Made by a program: the position numbers and the translations under genes
In this document: positions 39,320 to 43,867 of the stretch, piece by piece
Layout of the letters: every line of letters starts with the position of its first letter
How positions within the stretch are numbered: the first letter of the stretch is position 1
NCBI GenBank assembly: GCA_036520695.1
Contig: DATDJD010000095.1
Coordinates: 1-43,867 of the forward strand
DNA from: Actinomycetota bacterium
GTDB lineage: Bacteria > Actinomycetota > UBA4738 > HRBIN12
Length of the DNA: 43,867 nucleotides
Direction of reading: 5' to 3'
Notes under the pieces: generated by a model
What the model was told of the DNA's origin: nothing
What the model saw: only the letters and a program-made list of their open reading frames with translations
The model's database searches: none

Positions 39320-40366
39320 ATGGGCACCTATCGCGTCGACCTGCGTTCCGACACCGTTTCCTCGCCATCCCATGCGATGCGCCGGGCCATGGCTGATGCG
39401 GAAGTGGGTGACGCCTGGTACGGCGACGATCCCACCGCCAACCGGCTCCAGGAGTTGGCGGCCGAACGCACCGGCATGCAGGCAGCCCTCTTCGTGCCCA
39501 CGGGCACGATGGCCAATCAGATCGCCCTGGCGCTGCACGTGCGAACCAACGGCCACCTGGTGGCGTCATCAGCCGTCGCCCACGTCGCCACCACCGAACT
39601 CATGACGTCCGCAGCGCTGTCGGGTATCGCGTTCAGAACGGTGGAACCCGGCGCACGAGGGTGGATCGATGCCTCGCAGGCGCGCTCATTGCTCGAACCC
39701 GACAGCTACTACGACGTGGAGATGATCGATCTGCTGTGTGTCGAGAACACGGTCGGTGGGGCCGGCGGCACGGTGATGCCGGTGGACGAGCTGGCGAAGG
39801 TGCGCACGGTGGCAGCCGAAGCCGGCGTCCCCATGCACATGGATGGGGCCAGGGTGTTCAACGCGGCCGCCGCGGCGGGCGTCGACGTCACCGAGTGGAC
39901 CGGTCACGTGGACACGGTGATGTTCTGTCTGTCGAAAGGACTCGGCGCACCGATCGGCTCGATGATCTGTGGACCCTCTGACTTGATCCGTGAAGCTCGC
40001 AGGCTCTCGATCCTGTTCGGCGGCGCGTGGCGGCAGGCGGGCATGATGGCCGCAGCAGGCATCATCGCGTTGACCGAAGGTCCACAGCGCCTACACGAGG
40101 ACCACGAGCGTGCCCAGACCCTCGCGACGGCGGTGGGCGACCTCCTGCCCAACTCGATCGACCCGGACCAGGTTGCAACGAACATGGTCTTCGTCGACAC
40201 GGAGGCGGTAGGGATGCCGGTCCTCGAAACGGTCGAGCGGTTGGCGGCCCTGGGCGTGGGGGTGACCCATGTGGGCACGCATGTCCGCATGGTCACACAC
40301 GTCGATGTGGACGATGACGGTGTCGCGTTCGCGCTGGAGGCCTGGCGTTCGATCGCTCCGGCCTGA
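39320..40366 (+). CDS. ltaE: Low-specificity L-threonine aldolase (PLP, beta-eliminating lyase family)
   Basis: VDLRSDTVSSPSHAMRRAMADAEVGDAWYGDDPTANRLQE...FVPTGTMANQIAL...FCLSKGLGAPIGS (PLP lysine) are present. TAGAAT lies 6 nt upstream of the ATG. Confidence 0.88.
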   Translation: MGTYRVDLRSDTVSSPSHAMRRAMADAEVGDAWYGDDPTANRLQELAAERTGMQAALFVPTGTMANQIALALHVRTNGHLVASSAVAHVATTELMTSAALSGIAFRTVEPGARGWIDASQARSLLEPDSYYDVEMIDLLCVENTVGGAGGTVMPVDELAKVRTVAAEAGVPMHMDGARVFNAAAAAGVDVTEWTGHVDTVMFCLSKGLGAPIGSMICGPSDLIREARRLSILFGGAWRQAGMMAAAGIIALTEGPQRLHEDHERAQTLATAVGDLLPNSIDPDQVATNMVFVDTEAVGMPVLETVERLAALGVGVTHVGTHVRMVTHVDVDDDGVAFALEAWRSIAPA

Positions 40367-40413
40367 CGACCGAAGGCCTGCAGCGGGAGCCTGAAGACCG
40401 GAGGAAGCACGCG

Positions 40414-41037
40414 ATGGGGATGTTCTCGAAGCACCATCCGCCTGAAGTCGCGGCGCGGATCCCGCCCGGGCAGCGCCTGGTGAAGACGTGGCCGGTGCTG
40501 CATTTCGGGACGATCCCGCAGTTCAACGGGACCGACTGGGATCTGGAGATCTCCGGGCTGGTCGAGGCGCCCTACCGTCTGACCTACCAGGAGCTCCTGG
40601 ATCTCCCACGGTCCACGATCGACGCCGACATGCATTGCGTGACGGGCTGGACCACGCTGGACAACACATGGGAAGGCGTGTCGTTCCGTAGCCTCGCAGA
40701 GCGCGCCCGGCCCACCGCCGAGGCCAAGTGGGTCATCGCGCACTCCTCGATGGGCTACACGTCGAACCTATCGCTGGAGGCCATGGATCAAGACGACGTA
40801 CTGGTGGCCTGGCGCAACCACGGCGAGGACCTCACGCCCGAACATGGCTGGCCGCTGCGACTGGTCGTGCCTCAGCGCTACGCGTGGAAGAGCGCGAAGT
40901 GGCTCACCGGACTGGAGTTCAGCGCGAAGAACGTCCGGGGCTTCTGGGAGGTTCGCGGCTACCACGTGCACGGCGAGCCGTTCGCCGAGGAGCGCTACAG
41001 CTATCAGGAGGGCGCGCGCGCCGAGTTCCAGCCGTAG
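40414..41037 (+). CDS. Small sulfite-oxidase-fold molybdopterin-binding oxidoreductase (YuiH/YedY-like)
   Basis: DWDLEISGLVEAPYRLTYQELLDLP...DMHCVTGWT (Mo-ligand Cys)...GWPLRLVVPQRYAWKSAKWL are present. GGAGGAAG lies upstream. No signal peptide is evident. Confidence 0.82.
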   Translation: MGMFSKHHPPEVAARIPPGQRLVKTWPVLHFGTIPQFNGTDWDLEISGLVEAPYRLTYQELLDLPRSTIDADMHCVTGWTTLDNTWEGVSFRSLAERARPTAEAKWVIAHSSMGYTSNLSLEAMDQDDVLVAWRNHGEDLTPEHGWPLRLVVPQRYAWKSAKWLTGLEFSAKNVRGFWEVRGYHVHGEPFAEERYSYQEGARAEFQP

Positions 41038-41045
41038 GCGGGTGG

Positions 41046-42041
41046 TCAGCCCGCCCCGGCCGTCGGCATCGGACGGTCGTCGACTCCCGGGCCTTCGATC
41101 CGCGGCCCGGGCGCGGTGCGTCGGGTCGTGGCATCGACCGACCTGATCGCGTAGACGTCTGCCTTCTCTGCCCGGCATTCCCACCGCGTGACGTACAGAT
41201 CCAGCATCGCGGTGTCCGGGTTGGTGGCCAGCGACATGATGTAGCCGAGGTCGATCCCTCTGGGAAGCCTCACGATCAACGCCGAGTCGTTCGAGCCGAT
41301 CGCCGCGCGGCGGATCATCGCGCCGGCGCCACAGCGATTCCAGGGACCGCGAGCGAAGTACACGGTGCCTGTCGACTCGTCGATCGTGACGGCGTAGTCC
41401 TCCATGCCGGCCGGTGTCTGGAGCTTCGAGGTGTGACCCGAGACCGTGTCGAAGATGGAAACGGTGCAGCGATCGTGCGCGCACCGCACCCACGCGGCAT
41501 AGCGGGACCCGACGAAGTTCGGGTACAGCGACAACTTGGGTCCGCCGCTGAAGAGCGTTCGGCTGCGCTGGGTGTCGCGATCGAACAGGATCAGTGATCG
41601 GGTCCGGAACTTGTTGGTCGCCCTGAGGAACAAGAGGTAGTCCTGGGATCCCACCGGCCAGTATTCCCAGCCGGGCTCGTTGACCTTCTTGGGGGCAGGG
41701 GAGCGATCGCGGTCGTCGGTGTCGAAGAAGTACAGGTTCGATCGCTTGTTCGTGAACTCCTGGTAGACGATCTCGTTCGTGCCGGCGATGAACGAGCCCT
41801 GCGCCCCAGCGGTACCGGCGCGGTTCGCCCGCATCCGATGACCGGTTTCCGGATCCTCGACGTAGGCATCCGCGTGACGACGCCGATACTCGGTATAGGC
41901 GACCAGGGTGCCGTTCGAACTTGGGGCGTACTGGTCCCCAGGGCCACCCACGACCTTGTCCATCGGCATGCCCGCCTGTACCGCGGGTGTCATCACCATG
42001 CCGAGTGCGCAGGCCACGATCACGATCGACACGCGTCTCAT
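41046..42041 (-). CDS. Secreted hypothetical protein (signal peptide; possibly a beta-propeller-like fold)
   Basis: ATG 42041 (MRRVSIVIVACALGMVMTPAVQA) is preceded by AGGAGGG. I recognise no family. Repetitive beta-strand-like segments suggest a TolB-type propeller only weakly. Confidence 0.65.
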   Translation of the reverse strand: MRRVSIVIVACALGMVMTPAVQAGMPMDKVVGGPGDQYAPSSNGTLVAYTEYRRRHADAYVEDPETGHRMRANRAGTAGAQGSFIAGTNEIVYQEFTNKRSNLYFFDTDDRDRSPAPKKVNEPGWEYWPVGSQDYLLFLRATNKFRTRSLILFDRDTQRSRTLFSGGPKLSLYPNFVGSRYAAWVRCAHDRCTVSIFDTVSGHTSKLQTPAGMEDYAVTIDESTGTVYFARGPWNRCGAGAMIRRAAIGSNDSALIVRLPRGIDLGYIMSLATNPDTAMLDLYVTRWECRAEKADVYAIRSVDATTRRTAPGPRIEGPGVDDRPMPTAGAG

Positions 42042-42142
42042 GGTTCCCTCCTGATCTCGACCATCAGCCACTTGAAGGCCCAGGAGCACCTCAGCGCTTA
42101 CGAGGAGCCTGCGATCAACCAGGATAGATGTGTTGCTCGGCG

Positions 42143-43867
42143 CTACGCCAGGTAGAGGACGATCGAGTCACCGAAGCTGACGGTGCCGCCCGCACCAGGG
42201 TTCTGCCCGATCACGATCGAGCCTCCCGAACCGGGGACCACGAACCATGACACCTCGAGTCCATACTCCGAGGCGCGCGCCTCGGCGGCCGACTTGCTCA
42301 ACCCAGTGAAGCTCGGCGCTGGGAAGGTTTCCGGTCCTAGCGACACCACGATCGTCACGGTGGAACCGTAGGGCCGGGTGATGCCGGCCTTGGGGTCGAC
42401 CGAGATCACCGATCCCCGTTCGACCTTGTTCGAGAAGTCGGTGTCGGGTGAGACCACGAATCCCAGGTCGGTGAGCGCGGCGGTGGCTTCGTCCTCGGTC
42501 GTACCCACGACCTTCGGGATGTCGGCCGGTGGAGGCCCCTTACTGATGACCACGTCGACGGCGCTTCCCTTGGGTTGCATACCTGCCGGCGCCTCGATGA
42601 CCGACCCTTCGGGCACGGTGTCACTGAACTCGCGGCTCTGTGCGCCCAGCGTGAAACCAGCGTCCGCCAGCAGCCCGCGAGCCTTGTCGAGGGTCTTGCC
42701 TTCGATCGAGGGGATCTTCACCGGGGGCGGGCCCAGGGAGGGCGTCAACGTCACGGTTTCGCCCTGCGCGAGGGAGGTGCCTGCGCCCGGCTGCACCTTC
42801 AGCACGTGCTGGGCGGGGATCTGTTCGTCGTAGCGGCCTTCACCGATGCGCACGTCGAACCCCAGATCGGAGAGCTGGCTCTGTGCGTCGGCGATGCTGA
42901 TGCCGGTGAGTGAAGGCACGTCGGCTCGGTGCGGGATCACATACGTCCACACACCCCACGCAGACGCGGCCAGGGCCGCGATAAAGAGCAGGATGCCGGC
43001 TCGTCGACGCCACCGATGCTTCTTCCGCCGCTCGGCTCGGGGGATCGTCACGGTGGTGGTGCCGAACGGTGCGAGATCGTCCTCGGGCAACGACACGACC
43101 CCGGTGGGCACCACGGTGGCGTCGCTCGCGGCCTCGACCACCGGCACGTCGTCGACGATCGCCTGCAACGGCCGCGCAGCCGGCAGCGACGGCGTGATGG
43201 CCTCGATGTCGCTGCGCATGGCGGAGGCCGACTCCGGTCGCAGCTCCCGGTCGCGGTCGGTGGCGCTGGCCACGAAGCCGTCGAGGTCGGCGGGGATCGA
43301 GGGCACCGCCGCGCTGGGCATCGGCACACGCCCCGACAGATGCTTGTAGGCGATGGACATGGCGGTCTCGCCCGTGAACGGCAGTTTCCCGGTCAGGAGC
43401 TCGTAGGTCACGATGCCCAGCGAGTACAGGTCGCTGCGGGGGTCGGCAGGTTCGCCGCGGATCTGCTCGGGTGCGAGGTATTGCACCGTACCGGTGACCG
43501 AGCCCGCCTGCGTCTGGCGACCGTCGGCGTAGGCGCGAGCGAGGCCGAAGTCGGCCACCTTCACGACACCTTCGGTCGTTACGAGCACGTTCTCCGGCTT
43601 GATGTCTCGGTGCACGATGCCCTGACGATGCGCGTGCTCCAGCCCCCGCAGGGTCTGGCGTACGACGTCGGCGGCCTGGGCGGGTTCGAGCGTGCCGTAC
43701 TGGTTCAGCAGCGCGCGGGTTGCCCGGCCGCGCACGTACTCCATGACCATGTAGTAGATGCCGTCCACCGAACCCCAATCGAAGACGGCCACGATGTTGG
43801 GGTGGGACAGGCCGGCCGCGGCGCGTGCCTCACGCCGGAACCGATCGATGAAGGCTTGGTCGCCCGA
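42143..43867 (-). CDS. pknB: Ser/Thr protein kinase with four extracellular PASTA domains (PknB-type). The 5' end runs off the right edge.
   Basis: The frame is open to base 43867 (SGDQAFIDRFRREARAAAGLSHPNIVAVFDWG...). HRDIKPENVLV, DFGLARA and GTVQYLAPE are kinase motifs. A TM segment (ILLFIAALAASAWGVW) follows, then four repeats of about 65 aa of the PASTA type. Confidence 0.9.
   Translation of the reverse strand, partial: SGDQAFIDRFRREARAAAGLSHPNIVAVFDWGSVDGIYYMVMEYVRGRATRALLNQYGTLEPAQAADVVRQTLRGLEHAHRQGIVHRDIKPENVLVTTEGVVKVADFGLARAYADGRQTQAGSVTGTVQYLAPEQIRGEPADPRSDLYSLGIVTYELLTGKLPFTGETAMSIAYKHLSGRVPMPSAAVPSIPADLDGFVASATDRDRELRPESASAMRSDIEAITPSLPAARPLQAIVDDVPVVEAASDATVVPTGVVSLPEDDLAPFGTTTVTIPRAERRKKHRWRRRAGILLFIAALAASAWGVWTYVIPHRADVPSLTGISIADAQSQLSDLGFDVRIGEGRYDEQIPAQHVLKVQPGAGTSLAQGETVTLTPSLGPPPVKIPSIEGKTLDKARGLLADAGFTLGAQSREFSDTVPEGSVIEAPAGMQPKGSAVDVVISKGPPPADIPKVVGTTEDEATAALTDLGFVVSPDTDFSNKVERGSVISVDPKAGITRPYGSTVTIVVSLGPETFPAPSFTGLSKSAAEARASEYGLEVSWFVVPGSGGSIVIGQNPGAGGTVSFGDSIVLYLA

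Noticed and set aside
38179-39327. The N-terminal ~380 codons of the 444-aa minus-strand ORF
   Set aside because: This part is antisense to pfkA. Only the terminal ~61 codons outside pfkA are kept as a possible small gene.
1-43867. Mobile elements, prophage, defence islands, rRNA/tRNA genes
   Set aside because: I found no integrase, transposase or recombinase motifs, no terminal inverted repeats flanking a cargo, no tRNA-like cloverleaf candidates in the short intergenic gaps, and no strong compositional island. The only AT-richer patches are short promoter-like segments.

Overview
The window looks like a high-GC, gene-dense chromosomal segment of an Actinomycetota-type genome. The lineage call rests on a WhiB regulator, a PASTA-domain PknB kinase, F420-type enzyme families and many leaderless-looking promoters. 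All family assignments come from reading motifs in the translations; no database search was possible.

I support about 46 protein-coding genes. Two are cut by the window edges: metH on the left and pknB on the right. Many genes are translationally coupled through ATGA, GTGA or TGATG overlaps. I saw no rRNA, tRNA, CRISPR array, transposase, integrase or recognisable defence system.

Functional themes:
- **One-carbon and folate metabolism:** metH, ygfZ, 5-formyl-THF cyclo-ligase, a GcvT-family aminomethyltransferase, formimidoyltransferase with a separate cyclodeaminase, fhs and ltaE.
- **NAD-linked molybdenum formate dehydrogenase locus:** fdhD, a catalytic subunit, a NuoE-NuoF fusion, an Fe-S subunit and a mobA-like gene.
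- **Heptose-phosphate operon behind whiB:** hddA, gmhB and gmhA.
- **Central metabolism:** korAB, thiolase, pfkA, a ROK glucokinase and carbamate kinase.

Most unusual observations:
1. The formate dehydrogenase alpha subunit is split at the FS0/Mo-domain junction, and its halves are encoded in permuted order.
2. Its catalytic half has an in-frame UGA at the active-site position, followed by an fdhF-like SECIS hairpin, so selenocysteine is predicted.
3. An uncharacterised pair sits antisense inside the fdh locus: a protein with eleven VDxxxIVxx nonapeptides (27-nt DNA periodicity) coupled to an RDD membrane protein.
4. A textbook TTGACA-N17-TAACGT promoter has a LexA (Cheo) box in its spacer, upstream of a DEDD-exonuclease/GIY-YIG gene.
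5. A perfect AT-rich 21-nt palindrome lies at the break point of the split alpha subunit.
6. A TANNNT-N6-start architecture recurs at ten or more genes.
7. A tandem 51-nt repeat with nested 9-mers lies upstream of the ArsA-like ATPase gene.
8. The ROK kinase gene encodes its conserved N-terminus upstream of any ATG, GTG or TTG.
9. A degenerate receiver domain is followed by three small coupled ORFs, one of which (35 aa) is absent from the ORF track.
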